From the NCBI GenBank assembly GCA_013911885.1, contig JACESI010000004.1:170026-234025 (forward strand): a stretch of DNA of 64,000 nt, read 5' to 3'. The notes under the pieces were generated by a model, which saw nothing but the letters and a program-made list of their open reading frames with translations, was not told where the DNA came from and did no database searches. This document shows positions 49,384-59,049 of the stretch, piece by piece. The DNA comes from Hyphomicrobiales bacterium. Its GTDB lineage: Bacteria; Pseudomonadota; Alphaproteobacteria; Rhizobiales; JACESI01. The translations under genes were made by a program, and so were the position numbers. The stretch's first letter is position 1. The number at the start of each line of letters is the position of its first letter.

Positions 49384-50458
49384 TATCGCAGGCAAGCGCG
49401 GCAATTTCGATTATGCGGTGCGGTTTGCTTCGTCTGAAAAAGTGACGGCCCTGTTCGGTGTGTCCGGGGCGGGAAAATCCACCGTGATTGATGCGATATC
49501 CGGTGAACTTGTTCCCACCAACGGCAAGATATTGGTTGGTGACAGTGTGTTTTTCGACAATGCCGCGGGCGCGAGCCGCCGGGCGATGCCGGTCGGGCGT
49601 CGGCGCGTCGGCCATATTTTTCAGGATGGCCGGCTGTTTCCGCATATGAGCGTGAAGCGCAATCTCACTTATGCGCGCTGGGCGGGCTGGCGCAACCGCA
49701 AGACGGCGTCCTTCGACGCGGTTGTGGCGTTGCTTGGCCTCGGCGATCTTCTCAAACGCCTGCCCGAGACGCTTTCCGGCGGCGAGCGCCAGCGGGTCGC
49801 CATCGGTCGCGCATTGCTGTCGGATCCGCGCATTCTGCTGATGGATGAACCGCTGACCGGCCTCGACCATCAGCGCAAGAGCGAGATCATGCCCTATCTC
49901 GAGGTGCTCGCCCACGAGATGGGCGTGCCGATGGTCTATGTCAGCCATGATCTCGATGAGGTGGTGCATCTTGCCGAATATCTGGTTCTGCTGGAGCATG
50001 GCCGGGTGGTGGCCGATGGCCCGATCGGCGATATACTGCCGTTGATCCACGGCCAGTTCGACTTTCAGCGCCATGTTCCAAGCGCGCTTCTTGCCGCGCG
50101 CTATATCGGCCCTGACCCGACCTATGCGATGACCTGGCTGATGATCGGACAGCAGCGGCTGGCGGTGCCTGAAAGAATCGCGCCGTTTGCCGATACGCTG
50201 AGGGTGCGGGTCGGCGCAAGCGATGTGGCGCTCGCGCTCAGCGCACCGCATGGGACCAGTTTCCAGAACATTCTCTCCGGAAAGATCATAAGCTTTGTGC
50301 ACGGTGGCGGTTCGTTTTCCGATGTCACGGTCAGCATTGACGGTCAGCCGCTTGTCGCGCGCGTCACACGGCGGGCTTTCGACCTTCTGGCCCTCGACAT
50401 TGAAAAGCCGGTATTCGCGCTTGTAAAATCGGTGGCGATTGACGGGCTCAAGCGTTAG
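49370..50458 (+). CDS. modC: molybdate ABC transporter ATP-binding protein
   Basis: 362 aa. Walker A is GVSGAGKST and the ABC signature is LSGGERQRV. Has a C-terminal TOBE/Mop-like extension. Confidence 0.9.
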   Translation: MLDIDIAGKRGNFDYAVRFASSEKVTALFGVSGAGKSTVIDAISGELVPTNGKILVGDSVFFDNAAGASRRAMPVGRRRVGHIFQDGRLFPHMSVKRNLTYARWAGWRNRKTASFDAVVALLGLGDLLKRLPETLSGGERQRVAIGRALLSDPRILLMDEPLTGLDHQRKSEIMPYLEVLAHEMGVPMVYVSHDLDEVVHLAEYLVLLEHGRVVADGPIGDILPLIHGQFDFQRHVPSALLAARYIGPDPTYAMTWLMIGQQRLAVPERIAPFADTLRVRVGASDVALALSAPHGTSFQNILSGKIISFVHGGGSFSDVTVSIDGQPLVARVTRRAFDLLALDIEKPVFALVKSVAIDGLKR

Positions 50459-51627
50459 CCACGCGCGAGGAATGAACTGATGCGCTCCATGGCGCGCTCA
50501 ATATTCCCGCTCGAATTAGCATAAGAGACGCGGATATAACCCTCGCCCCTGACACCGAAATCCGGCCCGCCGATGAGCGCGACACCAGCCTCCTCCAGAA
50601 GCGCGCGGGCAAGGTCCTTCGCCTTCCAGCCGGTCCGGCTGATATTCGGGAAGGCATAGAACGCACCTTTCGGCATGATGCAGGAGACATTCGGCAAGGC
50701 ATTAAGGCGGTTCTCTATGAGGCGGCGGCGTGCATCGAAAGCGGCCATCATGCTGTCAACCGTATCCTGCGGTCCGGTGAGGGCTGCAAGCCCGGCATAT
50801 TGCGCGGGCGCGTTGACACAGGACCAGCAATTGACCGCGAGTTTGCGCACATTATTGAAAAGCCGTTCCGGCCAGACCGAATAACCGAGACGCCAGCCGG
50901 TCATGGCATAGGTTTTTGAAAAACCGTTGAGGAGGATCAGCCGGTCCTGAATTTCAGGATAGGTGAGAAGCGACACATGCTTCTCGCCGTCATAAGTCAT
51001 CCGGTCGTAGATCTCATCGGAGAGGATCGCGAGATCGGGATGACCGTCGAGCCCGGCGACGAGGCGGTCGATCTCCGCTTTCGGCGTCACGCCACCGCAA
51101 GGATTTGCCGGAGAATTGAGGATGATGAGGCGGGTCTTTTTCGTGATCAGGGCGAGGGTTTCCTCGGCAGAAAAAGCAAAGCCGTTTTCCTCGCGGATCG
51201 GAATTGGTACCGGCTTTGCGCCGGTAAATTCGATCATGGAGCGATAGATCGGAAAACCGGGATCGGGATAGAGGATTTCCGCACCCGGCGCGCCAAACAT
51301 CAGGATCGCCGCAAACATCGTGACCTTGCCACCCGGAACGATGATGACATTATCGGGGTGGACATTTGCGCCGTGGCGCGCGTTCAAATCCTGGGCCACC
51401 GCTTCGCGCAGCGGCAGAATGCCGGTCGCCGGCGTGTAGCCGTGCTGGCCATCGCGCAACGCCTTGATCGCGGCTTCGACAATATGTTGCGGGGTCGGAA
51501 AGTCGGGCTGGCCGATGCCGAGATTGATGATGTCCTTGCCCTGTTCTGCAAGTGCGGTCGCGCGCGCGAGAACGGCAAAGGCATTTTCCTCGCCAATTCG
51601 TTCAAATCCTGAAATCGTGTGAAGCAT
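50455..51627 (-). CDS. pyridoxal phosphate-dependent aminotransferase (class I/II, aspartate aminotransferase-like)
   Basis: 390 aa. The PLP-lysine region is NGFSKTYAMTGWRLGY. Confidence 0.88.
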   Translation of the reverse strand: MLHTISGFERIGEENAFAVLARATALAEQGKDIINLGIGQPDFPTPQHIVEAAIKALRDGQHGYTPATGILPLREAVAQDLNARHGANVHPDNVIIVPGGKVTMFAAILMFGAPGAEILYPDPGFPIYRSMIEFTGAKPVPIPIREENGFAFSAEETLALITKKTRLIILNSPANPCGGVTPKAEIDRLVAGLDGHPDLAILSDEIYDRMTYDGEKHVSLLTYPEIQDRLILLNGFSKTYAMTGWRLGYSVWPERLFNNVRKLAVNCWSCVNAPAQYAGLAALTGPQDTVDSMMAAFDARRRLIENRLNALPNVSCIMPKGAFYAFPNISRTGWKAKDLARALLEEAGVALIGGPDFGVRGEGYIRVSYANSSGNIERAMERISSFLARG

Positions 51628-51743
51628 CTGGTTCCTCGCCTTCTATAAGCAAGGCCATACCGCGAGGCGGGATTCCCGTCCAGAGGCAAACCGCCCCGGC
51701 TGGCAGGTCAAGGCTGTTTCGACGGCAGCTTACCGGAGCCGGA

Positions 51744-52265
51744 TCAAAGCGCTGTGCTGGTGTCGTTCGATCCGAGGATGCCGATCAAGGGTTGGTTATC
51801 CAGTTCCTCGATGTCGTCTTCATCTTCGATCAGCGTCGAGCGACCGATGTTCTTTTCGACGCGTTTCAGAAGTTTGCGCAGCAGGCGGCGATCCTTGTCC
51901 TCAATGCCGGCGAGGGCGCGGCGCTCAAGCTGCTTCCACTTCTTATCGATCTGGCGGATAAGAAGGCGTCCCTTTTCTGTTATGTGAACATAGGACTGTC
52001 GTGCATCCTGACTTGAGGCGCGGCGTTCCAGAAAGCCCTGATTGGCAAGGCGTGTGACCGTTTTGGTGACGGTGGGCGGCTGCACACCCAGTTCGGAAGC
52101 GAGCATGCCCATGGTCTGGCCATCTTTTTCAGACAGCACCTTGAGGACAATTTCCTGCCCGACATGAAGATCAAGATTGGACAGTTCCGCACCAAAGGAA
52201 ACGCGATGCGCACGCGCTGCCTGTGCCAACCAGAATGTGATTGTCTTGCGGTGTTCAAAGGTCAT
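51744..52265 (-). CDS. MarR family transcriptional regulator
   Basis: 173 aa with a winged-helix region (GMLASELGVQPPTVTKTVTRLANQGFLERR). Confidence 0.88.
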   Translation of the reverse strand: MTFEHRKTITFWLAQAARAHRVSFGAELSNLDLHVGQEIVLKVLSEKDGQTMGMLASELGVQPPTVTKTVTRLANQGFLERRASSQDARQSYVHITEKGRLLIRQIDKKWKQLERRALAGIEDKDRRLLRKLLKRVEKNIGRSTLIEDEDDIEELDNQPLIGILGSNDTSTAL

Positions 52266-52436
52266 GCCGGTTTCTAATCAGAGCAGATTACAAAGATGTG
52301 ACGATCCTGTGTGAACACGCTGAATGAAATAGCGCTCGCAAAGTTCTGATTGGAAGGTGAAGAAGAGAGGCCGTATGTGTTCGTACACACTACTTCGTCT
52401 GAAGTTTCCCTTTTCTCTTATTCCCACGGCGTCCTC

Positions 52437-52631
52437 ATGCTTATTCGATTATTGTCACGTCTTCTTCCTTTGTGTGCGTTCCCGGCACTGGCCGCGGCTG
52501 CCATTTATGGCTGTGTTTCGATGGTCGACAGTGGCGGCCGGCAAGCGTTCACACAGAGCAATTCAGAAATAGCATCCGTCATCGGTGAAAATGGAAATTT
52601 TAGTTCAGCCCGATCGGATCGCCGTCAATAG
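52437..52631 (+). CDS. small secreted or lipoprotein-like ORF (weak)
   Basis: Internal ATG of ORF 52350..52631 gives MLIRLLSRLLPLCAFPALAAAAIYGC..., a signal-like sequence with a Cys at a lipobox-like position. Sits in an AT-richer region. No family recognised. Confidence 0.3.
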   Translation: MLIRLLSRLLPLCAFPALAAAAIYGCVSMVDSGGRQAFTQSNSEIASVIGENGNFSSARSDRRQ

Positions 52632-52637
52632 GGCTCA

Positions 52638-53651
52638 TCAGTCGTAACGCAGATCCGTCGCCTTGCCGCTGAAAACGGTATAGGCGAAAATCGAATAGCC
52701 GATGATCACCGGCACCACTACCAGCGCTCCCCACAGAATGATCAGCAGGCTCTCCGGTGCCGAGGCCGCCTCATAGATTGTCATACGGTCGGGCACGACA
52801 TAGGGGTAGAACGAATAGGCCATTCCGGCGTAGCCCATGACGAAAATCGCGCCGGTTAGCACAATCGGAACCCAGGCAAAGCGGTCATCGCGAAATGGCA
52901 TCTTATTGATGATGATGATCAGCGCAAGGAACAGCGCGCCGGTGATAATCGGCAGCGGCGCAAGGGCCAGAATTTCCGGATAGGCGAACCATTTGCTGAA
53001 AATCCGATCGCTGACAAGCGGCGTTGCCATGGAAACTGCGACCATGCCCACAACCGAAACAAGCAGCGTGCGCCGCGCCCAGCGGATAGCGCGCATCTGA
53101 AGATCGCCTTCCATTTTGAGAATCAGCCAGCACGCGCCGACAAGCACATAAGAAGCCGAGAGACAAAGCGCAATCAGGCAGGCAAAAGCGATATGCGGCA
53201 AGGTCCAGGTCAGGCCCATTATATACATGCCGAGCATGAAGCCCTGTGCGAGGGCGGTCGTCAAAGAGCCCAGAAAAAAGACGCGGTTCCAGATTTCCTT
53301 GCGCGCGACCCTGACCTTGGCCCTGAACTCGAAGGCAACACCGCGCAGGATGAGGCCGAGGAGCATGATCGCAACCGGCAGATAAAGTGCTGTCAGAATG
53401 ACGCCATGAGCAGCGGGGAAGGCAACGAGAAGAAGACCGATGGCAAGCACGAGCCAGGTTTCGTTCGCGTCCCAGAACGGGCCAATCGAGGCGATCATGC
53501 GGTCTTTCTGTTCTGGTGTTGCCTGCGAAACCAGAATGCCCACACCGAGATCGTAACCATCGAGCACGACATAGATCAATATGGAGAGACCCATCAGGCC
53601 GGCGAAGACAAATGGCAGCCAGACGGCCGGGTCGCCGAAAAGGTTAAGCAT
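52638..53651 (-). CDS. cydB: cytochrome d ubiquinol oxidase subunit II
   Basis: 337 aa, multi-TM. The start MLNLFGDPAVWLPFVFAGLMGLSILIYVVLDGYDLGVG is typical of CydB/CioB. Confidence 0.92.
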   Translation of the reverse strand: MLNLFGDPAVWLPFVFAGLMGLSILIYVVLDGYDLGVGILVSQATPEQKDRMIASIGPFWDANETWLVLAIGLLLVAFPAAHGVILTALYLPVAIMLLGLILRGVAFEFRAKVRVARKEIWNRVFFLGSLTTALAQGFMLGMYIMGLTWTLPHIAFACLIALCLSASYVLVGACWLILKMEGDLQMRAIRWARRTLLVSVVGMVAVSMATPLVSDRIFSKWFAYPEILALAPLPIITGALFLALIIIINKMPFRDDRFAWVPIVLTGAIFVMGYAGMAYSFYPYVVPDRMTIYEAASAPESLLIILWGALVVVPVIIGYSIFAYTVFSGKATDLRYD

Positions 53652-53660
53652 GGTGTCTTC

Positions 53661-55040
53661 CTATTCCGCGGGTTGTATCGAGGTGCCGCTTTCTGGCAAT
53701 GGATTGGCCGGTAGGTTGACAGGCTGTTTGTCCGCTGTCGCGCTTCGGGCTACATAAAAGATCGTCATGATATAGGCGAATGTCAGCACCGCATAGGTTG
53801 CGAGATATCCGATCAGGGTCGACAGGACCATGGCGGGCAGCACATCGGCGACCGCTTCACGGGTCGCAAGGACGCCGCTGACCAGCCAGGGCTGGCGACC
53901 GATTTCCGTCGTATACCAACCGGCAAGGGTGGCGACCCAGCCGGAGAATGTCATCGCCACCAGACCGCGGGCAACCCATGGCCCGATCTCGCCCTTGCGC
54001 CAGACGAGGAAGGCGGCACACCACGACAGGGCAAGCATCAGCATGCCGATGCCCACCATGACGCGGAACGACCAGAACACGGGCGCCACCGGCGGATGCA
54101 GCCGGGTTCCATCGGGCGCGACGAAATCATTCAGGCCGGGAACCACGCCTTCGGCCGAATGACGCAGGATGAGGCTCGCGCCGTTCGGAATGCCGATTTC
54201 GAAATCGTTTGTTCGCTTTTCCTCGTTCGGTAAGGCAAAAAGGACAAGCGGCACATGACCCCTGGTGTCCCAGTTCGCTTCCATCGCCGCGACCTTCTGC
54301 GGCTGATGTTCGAGGGTGTTGAGGCCGTGCAGATCACCGACGAAGATCTGAACCGGGATAAGCCCCGCCGCCAGATAGACCGAGGTTTTCAGCGCCGCGC
54401 GCACGGCGGGTGTGCGGTCGTTGCGAAGCCACCGGTAAGCGGAAATACCGGCAACCAGAAAAGCCACCGTCAGGCCGGAACTGAGCAGGACATGGGTCAG
54501 TCTGTAGGGCAAAGACGGGTTGAAAATGATCGCCCACCAATCGGTGGCAAAAGCGACGCCGTCGCGGATCTCGAAACCTTGCGGCGTGTGCATCCATGAA
54601 TTGAGGACGATGATCCAGAACACGGACATGGTGGTTCCGAAGGCGACCAGGAAGGTGGCGAGTGTATGGACACGGTTCGAAACGCGGCGGAAGCCGAACA
54701 GCATGATGCCGAGGAAAACCGCCTCAAGGAAAAAGGCGGTCAGCACCTCGTAGGCAAGCAGCGGTCCGGCGATATTGCCGACTTTTTCCATGAAGCCCGG
54801 CCAGTTGGTGCCGAACTGGAAACTCATGGTGATGCCGGACACCACACCAAGGGCGAAGGAGAGGGCAAAAATCTTCACCCAGAAGAAATAAGCCTCCATC
54901 CATTTATAGTCACCGCTTCTGCTATAGGACAATTTGAAAAAAAGCAGCATCCAGCCAAGGGCGATCGTAATCGTTGGAAACAGGATGTGAAACGAAATGT
55001 TCGATGCGAACTGAATTCGCGAAAGAATGAGAGCGTCCAT
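53661..55040 (-). CDS. cydA: cytochrome ubiquinol oxidase subunit I (short, CIO-like form)
   Basis: 459 aa. The start MDALILSRIQFASNISFHILFPTITIALG is typical of CydA. The short length implies a short Q-loop. Confidence 0.92.
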   Translation of the reverse strand: MDALILSRIQFASNISFHILFPTITIALGWMLLFFKLSYSRSGDYKWMEAYFFWVKIFALSFALGVVSGITMSFQFGTNWPGFMEKVGNIAGPLLAYEVLTAFFLEAVFLGIMLFGFRRVSNRVHTLATFLVAFGTTMSVFWIIVLNSWMHTPQGFEIRDGVAFATDWWAIIFNPSLPYRLTHVLLSSGLTVAFLVAGISAYRWLRNDRTPAVRAALKTSVYLAAGLIPVQIFVGDLHGLNTLEHQPQKVAAMEANWDTRGHVPLVLFALPNEEKRTNDFEIGIPNGASLILRHSAEGVVPGLNDFVAPDGTRLHPPVAPVFWSFRVMVGIGMLMLALSWCAAFLVWRKGEIGPWVARGLVAMTFSGWVATLAGWYTTEIGRQPWLVSGVLATREAVADVLPAMVLSTLIGYLATYAVLTFAYIMTIFYVARSATADKQPVNLPANPLPESGTSIQPAE

Positions 55041-55612
55041 CAGTTTTTCGCCTTTTTCTTTTTCTTGCCCCCGGGGATCAGGACCAGGTTTTTCTTGATG
55101 GTGAGCAGTTTCTGTACCCGCGAACCAAGGGTGAGAAGATTGATGAGTTGTTCGGTTTCAAGCGTGCTGACATCATCATACCAGCCGGCGAGTTGCTCGA
55201 TCAAATCGTGCAGCTGACGCATGCGCGCCGCCGCGAAACGGTCGTCATCAGAGGCGGTGTCGTCGATAATGACCTCGCGCAGCATGGAGAGCGTGGGATC
55301 AACCTCACGCTTCTTGCGTTCCTCGGCGAGGGTGCGGACGATTTCCCAAATATCCTGCGGCGTTGTGTAGTAATCGCGCCTGTCGCCCTGATGATGTTTC
55401 AGGCGGACGAGGTTCCATGCCTGCAATTCCTTGATTCCCATCGACACGTTCGAGCGTGAAACGCCAAGCATTTCCACCAGATCATCGGCATTGAGCGGAT
55501 CAGGGGAGATGAACAGGCAAGCGTAAATCTGGCCAACCGTGCGATTGATTCCCCATCGGGAACCCATCTCGCCGAAATGCATCACGAACTTCTCTACAAG
55601 AGGCGTCATCAT
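55040..55612 (-). CDS. GbsR/MarR-type winged-helix transcriptional regulator, translationally coupled to cydA
   Basis: ORF 55040..55636 begins with TTG; ATG codons lie at 55612 and 55609. Has FGEMGSRWGINRTVGQIYACLF and LGVSRSNVSMGIKELQAWNLV. Its stop overlaps the cydA ATG (TGATG). Confidence 0.8.
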   Translation of the reverse strand: MMTPLVEKFVMHFGEMGSRWGINRTVGQIYACLFISPDPLNADDLVEMLGVSRSNVSMGIKELQAWNLVRLKHHQGDRRDYYTTPQDIWEIVRTLAEERKKREVDPTLSMLREVIIDDTASDDDRFAAARMRQLHDLIEQLAGWYDDVSTLETEQLINLLTLGSRVQKLLTIKKNLVLIPGGKKKKKAKN

Positions 55613-55649
55613 TGGTCTCTCTGCCGTATTCCTCAACGCGTTTCATTAA

Positions 55650-55667
55650 TTTCAGAATTTTCTGAAA
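55650..55667. promoter_or_regulatory. 8-2-8 perfect palindrome TTTCAGAA-TT-TTCTGAAA upstream of the GbsR-type regulator
   Basis: Read directly. Lies 14 nt upstream of the TTG at 55636 and 38 nt upstream of the ATG at 55612. Confidence 0.45.
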
Positions 55668-55880
55668 ATACTGTATAGCTTGACGTGAAAAAAATCAAGG
55701 ACCAGTCAGAAACAGGTGAAACCAAGCGTGTCATGCGGTTTGTCTGCTGACATCAAACCACCCGCTCGCGGACAAACGAGCGTGCCGAAAGCCAGAAGAT
55801 TTCGTATCCGTTTCAATTGACGGCGTTTGCCTCATCGAGTCAATCTGACGCCTCGTCACAGCTTGGATGGGGAGAGTTTT

Positions 55881-56642
55881 ATGAAAACAGCGCTCGTGAC
55901 TGGCGCCGCACGCGGCATCGGGCTTGCCACTACACAGCTTTTTCTCGGCAAGGGCTGGGATGTGCTGATGGTCGACATTGATGCGGAGGCGCTGCATGAG
56001 GCAGCGGACGGCTTGTCGGGTGCAACGGCAAAGGTCGCGGATATATCCGACCCGACGACGGTGGAACGGCTTGCGCTCGAGGTCGGCGAAAGTCATGGCC
56101 CGGTCCATGCCCTCGTCAACAATGCGGGCGTCGCCGATTTCGGACCGATCCGCGAGACGACTTATGCGCGCTGGCGACGTGTCATGGCGACCAATCTTGA
56201 CGGACCTTTTCTCATGGTTCAGGCCTTTACAGGCCTGCTGGAGCGGGCTGCCGCCTCCGGTGACGGCGCAGCCATCGTCAATATCGCCTCGATATCCGGT
56301 CTCAGGGCAAGCACGCTCCGGGTTGCTTATGGAACCTCGAAAGCCGCGCTGATCCAGTTGACGCGGCAGCAGGCGGCGGAACTCGGCGAAAGCGGCATTC
56401 GTGTCAACGCCGTCGCCCCTGGTCCGGTCAATACCAAACTTGCCCTTGCCGTCCACACGCCTCAGATCCGGGCTGCCTATCATGATGCGATCCCGCTCAA
56501 CCGTTATGGAACGGAAATGGAAATCGCCCAGGCCATCGTGTTTTTGTGCTCGCCCGAGGCAAGCTACATCACCGGCCAGACGCTTGCAGCGGATGGGGGC
56601 TTCGAGGCGGTCGGGATTGGCCTGCCCGCGCTCAGAAGCTAG
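55881..56642 (+). CDS. SDR family oxidoreductase
   Basis: ORF 55827..56642 trimmed to the ATG at 55881, which follows GGGGAGAG. Has TGAARGIG, NNAG and YGTSKAA. Confidence 0.9.
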   Translation: MKTALVTGAARGIGLATTQLFLGKGWDVLMVDIDAEALHEAADGLSGATAKVADISDPTTVERLALEVGESHGPVHALVNNAGVADFGPIRETTYARWRRVMATNLDGPFLMVQAFTGLLERAAASGDGAAIVNIASISGLRASTLRVAYGTSKAALIQLTRQQAAELGESGIRVNAVAPGPVNTKLALAVHTPQIRAAYHDAIPLNRYGTEMEIAQAIVFLCSPEASYITGQTLAADGGFEAVGIGLPALRS

Positions 56643-56863
56643 CCTGTTTCTGAAAACTGGGCGAATGTAACCGGTCCGGCGATGCCGTCCGGCACAAGGC
56701 CCTGACCGGTCTGGTAGACCTTGACCGCAAGTTCCGTTGCCGGACCGAAAAAGCCGTCGACCAGAAGATCAAGGTCCTGCCTGCGGAGCCGTCTTTGCAG
56801 GTCGCAGACCTCTGGCCCGCTCATGCCGCGACGAAGAGAGGGAAAGGCATAGCACTTGTTCAT
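56639..56863 (-). CDS. standalone peptidoglycan-binding (PG_binding_1-like) domain protein, no signal peptide
   Basis: 74 aa. LRRGMSGPEVCDLQRRLRRQ...DGFFGPATELAVKVYQTGQGLVPDGIAGPVTFAQF fits the PG_binding_1 pattern end to end. Confidence 0.75.
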   Translation of the reverse strand: MNKCYAFPSLRRGMSGPEVCDLQRRLRRQDLDLLVDGFFGPATELAVKVYQTGQGLVPDGIAGPVTFAQFSETG

Positions 56864-57013
56864 AGTTGTTCTCCTCGGCGCAGGGTTTCGGCCGGTTTTG
56901 GCCCGTTTCGGCTAAGAGTGTCGCGGTCTTGCCTTGTCGGATGATAATTTTGTTTTTATCCCCGCTTCTGCTAGCGTCCGGCGGTATTGGGTTCAAAGCA
57001 GGTTGCAGGGTGC

Positions 57014-57823
57014 ATGAGGCTTCCGAAAAGGCACTGGCAGGAGATGACGAGCGCTGATTTCGCGGCAGGCGACGTCGCAAGCTGGATTGCCGTTCTGCCG
57101 GTTTCCGCGGTTGAACAGCACGGCCCGCATCTGCCGCTTGCGACCGACCGGCTGATCGGCGAAGGCCTGTTGCGCGAAGCGCTCCTGACAATGCCGGCGA
57201 GCTTGCCTATCACTGTTCTGCCGATGCAGGCGATTGGAAAATCCAACGAGCACAGCGCCTCGCCCGGCACCCTGACCTTCAACTGGCAGACGGTGATCGC
57301 CGCCTGGATCGAAATCGGCGAAGCGGTGCACCGCGCGGGTCTGCGCAAGCTCATCCTGATCAATTCCCATGGCGGCAATGGTGCGCTTCTTGATATTGTC
57401 GCCCAGGAATTGCGGGTCCGCTTCAGCATGCTCGCGGTTGCCGTCTCCTGGATGCGTTTCGGCGTTGGCGAGACCGGTTTTGACGAAGACGAACGCGCCC
57501 ACGGTATCCACGGTGGCGATATCGAGACATCGCTGATGCTGCACTTTCACCCCGACCTTGTCCGCCTCAGCGAAATGCGCAATTTTGATTCTGCACAACG
57601 GCAGTTCAAAAAGGATTTCAAGCACCTGCGCGCCCATGGGCCGATTTCCTTCGGCTGGCTCGCGCAGGACCTCAACCCGAGTGGGGCGATTGGCAATGCG
57701 GCGATTGCGACAGCCGCAAAGGGACAGGCGCTCGCGGCATTTCAGGCAGGCGCCTTTGTGGAATTATGCGCTGATGTTGATCAGTTCGATCCCGCCCGCC
57801 TGTGGAACGTGGTTGCTGATTAA
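57014..57823 (+). CDS. creatininase family protein (metal-dependent amidohydrolase)
   Basis: ORF 56987..57823 (TTG) trimmed to the ATG at 57014. Has VEQHGPHLPLATD, NSHGGN and HGGDIETS motifs. Confidence 0.85.
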   Translation: MRLPKRHWQEMTSADFAAGDVASWIAVLPVSAVEQHGPHLPLATDRLIGEGLLREALLTMPASLPITVLPMQAIGKSNEHSASPGTLTFNWQTVIAAWIEIGEAVHRAGLRKLILINSHGGNGALLDIVAQELRVRFSMLAVAVSWMRFGVGETGFDEDERAHGIHGGDIETSLMLHFHPDLVRLSEMRNFDSAQRQFKKDFKHLRAHGPISFGWLAQDLNPSGAIGNAAIATAAKGQALAAFQAGAFVELCADVDQFDPARLWNVVAD

Positions 57824-57849
57824 AATCGTTTCAAAAACAAGGATAAATA

Positions 57850-59040
57850 ATGAACGATAGTGCCCTTGAAGATACCGTCAACGCCTTCATGAATCACCCT
57901 TATGTTGCGGTGCCGAATGCTGCGAGCGGGCCGCTTGCCGGTCTCACTTTTGCGGTCAAGGATATTTTCGATGTCATAGGCTACAGGACCGGCTGCGGCT
58001 CACCGGAGAAAATGAAGGATGCCGAAATCGCGCTGGAGTCGACCACATCCGTCAAGCGCCTTCTTGGTGGCGGCGCGCGCTTTGTCGGCAAGACCACGAC
58101 GGAGGAACTGGCATTCAGCCTGAACGGCGACAATGAGCATTATCCGCAGCCGATCAATTCCGCCGCGCCCGACCGCCTTACCGGAGGTTCCTCAAGCGGC
58201 TCTGTCGCGGCGGTGGCAGCAGGCCTTGTCGATATCGCAACCGGATCCGATACGGGTGGTTCCATAAGAGCGCCCGCAAGTTATTGCGGTCTCATCGGCC
58301 TGCGCACAAGCCATGGCCGGGTGCCGCTCGATCACACCATGCCGCTTGCGCCGAGCTTCGATACATTCGGATGGTTCACGCGCACCCCTGAGCAGTATGC
58401 CCGTGTTGGCGATGTGATCCTCGGCAAGGACAGCGTAAAATTCGAACCAAAGCGGATTCTGGTGGCTGAAGACAGTTTCACGCTCTTGATGGGAATCGAT
58501 GAGGCGCGGGCGCTTGATCCGGCTGTCAATCACGTGACGGGTCTTGCGGAGGCGAGGGATGTCTCGCTTGCCGACGGACAGATTGAGGAATGGTACTGGG
58601 CGTTCCGTCGCGCACAGGCCTATGAGGCCTGGCAAGCGCACGGGGCATGGATCCGCAGCCGAAAACCGCATCTTGGGAAAGCAATCAGGATGCGTTTTGA
58701 TTATGGTTCGCAAGTTACTGAGGAAGAGAATAAAGCAGCACTTGCGCTACGCGCCGATGTGCGCAGGACGGTCGAGGACATGCTTGGCGATGACGGGCTT
58801 CTGGTTCTGCCGACGGTGCCGAGCGCTGCGCCGAAACGCGCCGGCGATTTTCAGGTGCTCGATGATTTCAGAAACCGGGCGCTGATGCTGCTTTGCGCAT
58901 CCGGCCTTACCGGGCTGCCGCAGATCACGCTGCCGATGGCAAAGGTCTTCGGCGCGCCGCTTGGCCTCAGCCTCATTGGACCGCGTGGTTCCGACCGGCA
59001 GCTGATCGATATCGGCAACAACCTGCTTGCGGGCTTCTGA
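57850..59040 (+). CDS. amidase signature family protein
   Basis: 396 aa. The AS sequence is GGSSSGSVAAVAAGLVDIATGSDTGGSIRAPASYCG. Confidence 0.9.
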   Translation: MNDSALEDTVNAFMNHPYVAVPNAASGPLAGLTFAVKDIFDVIGYRTGCGSPEKMKDAEIALESTTSVKRLLGGGARFVGKTTTEELAFSLNGDNEHYPQPINSAAPDRLTGGSSSGSVAAVAAGLVDIATGSDTGGSIRAPASYCGLIGLRTSHGRVPLDHTMPLAPSFDTFGWFTRTPEQYARVGDVILGKDSVKFEPKRILVAEDSFTLLMGIDEARALDPAVNHVTGLAEARDVSLADGQIEEWYWAFRRAQAYEAWQAHGAWIRSRKPHLGKAIRMRFDYGSQVTEEENKAALALRADVRRTVEDMLGDDGLLVLPTVPSAAPKRAGDFQVLDDFRNRALMLLCASGLTGLPQITLPMAKVFGAPLGLSLIGPRGSDRQLIDIGNNLLAGF

Positions 59041-59049
59041 GAGATTGCG

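Noticed and set aside
52600-52638. 12-codon ORF (MSPIDGDPIGLN) overlapping the cydB stop, considered as a CydX-like subunit
   Set aside because: It is not hydrophobic and too short. CydX-type peptides are single-TM segments.
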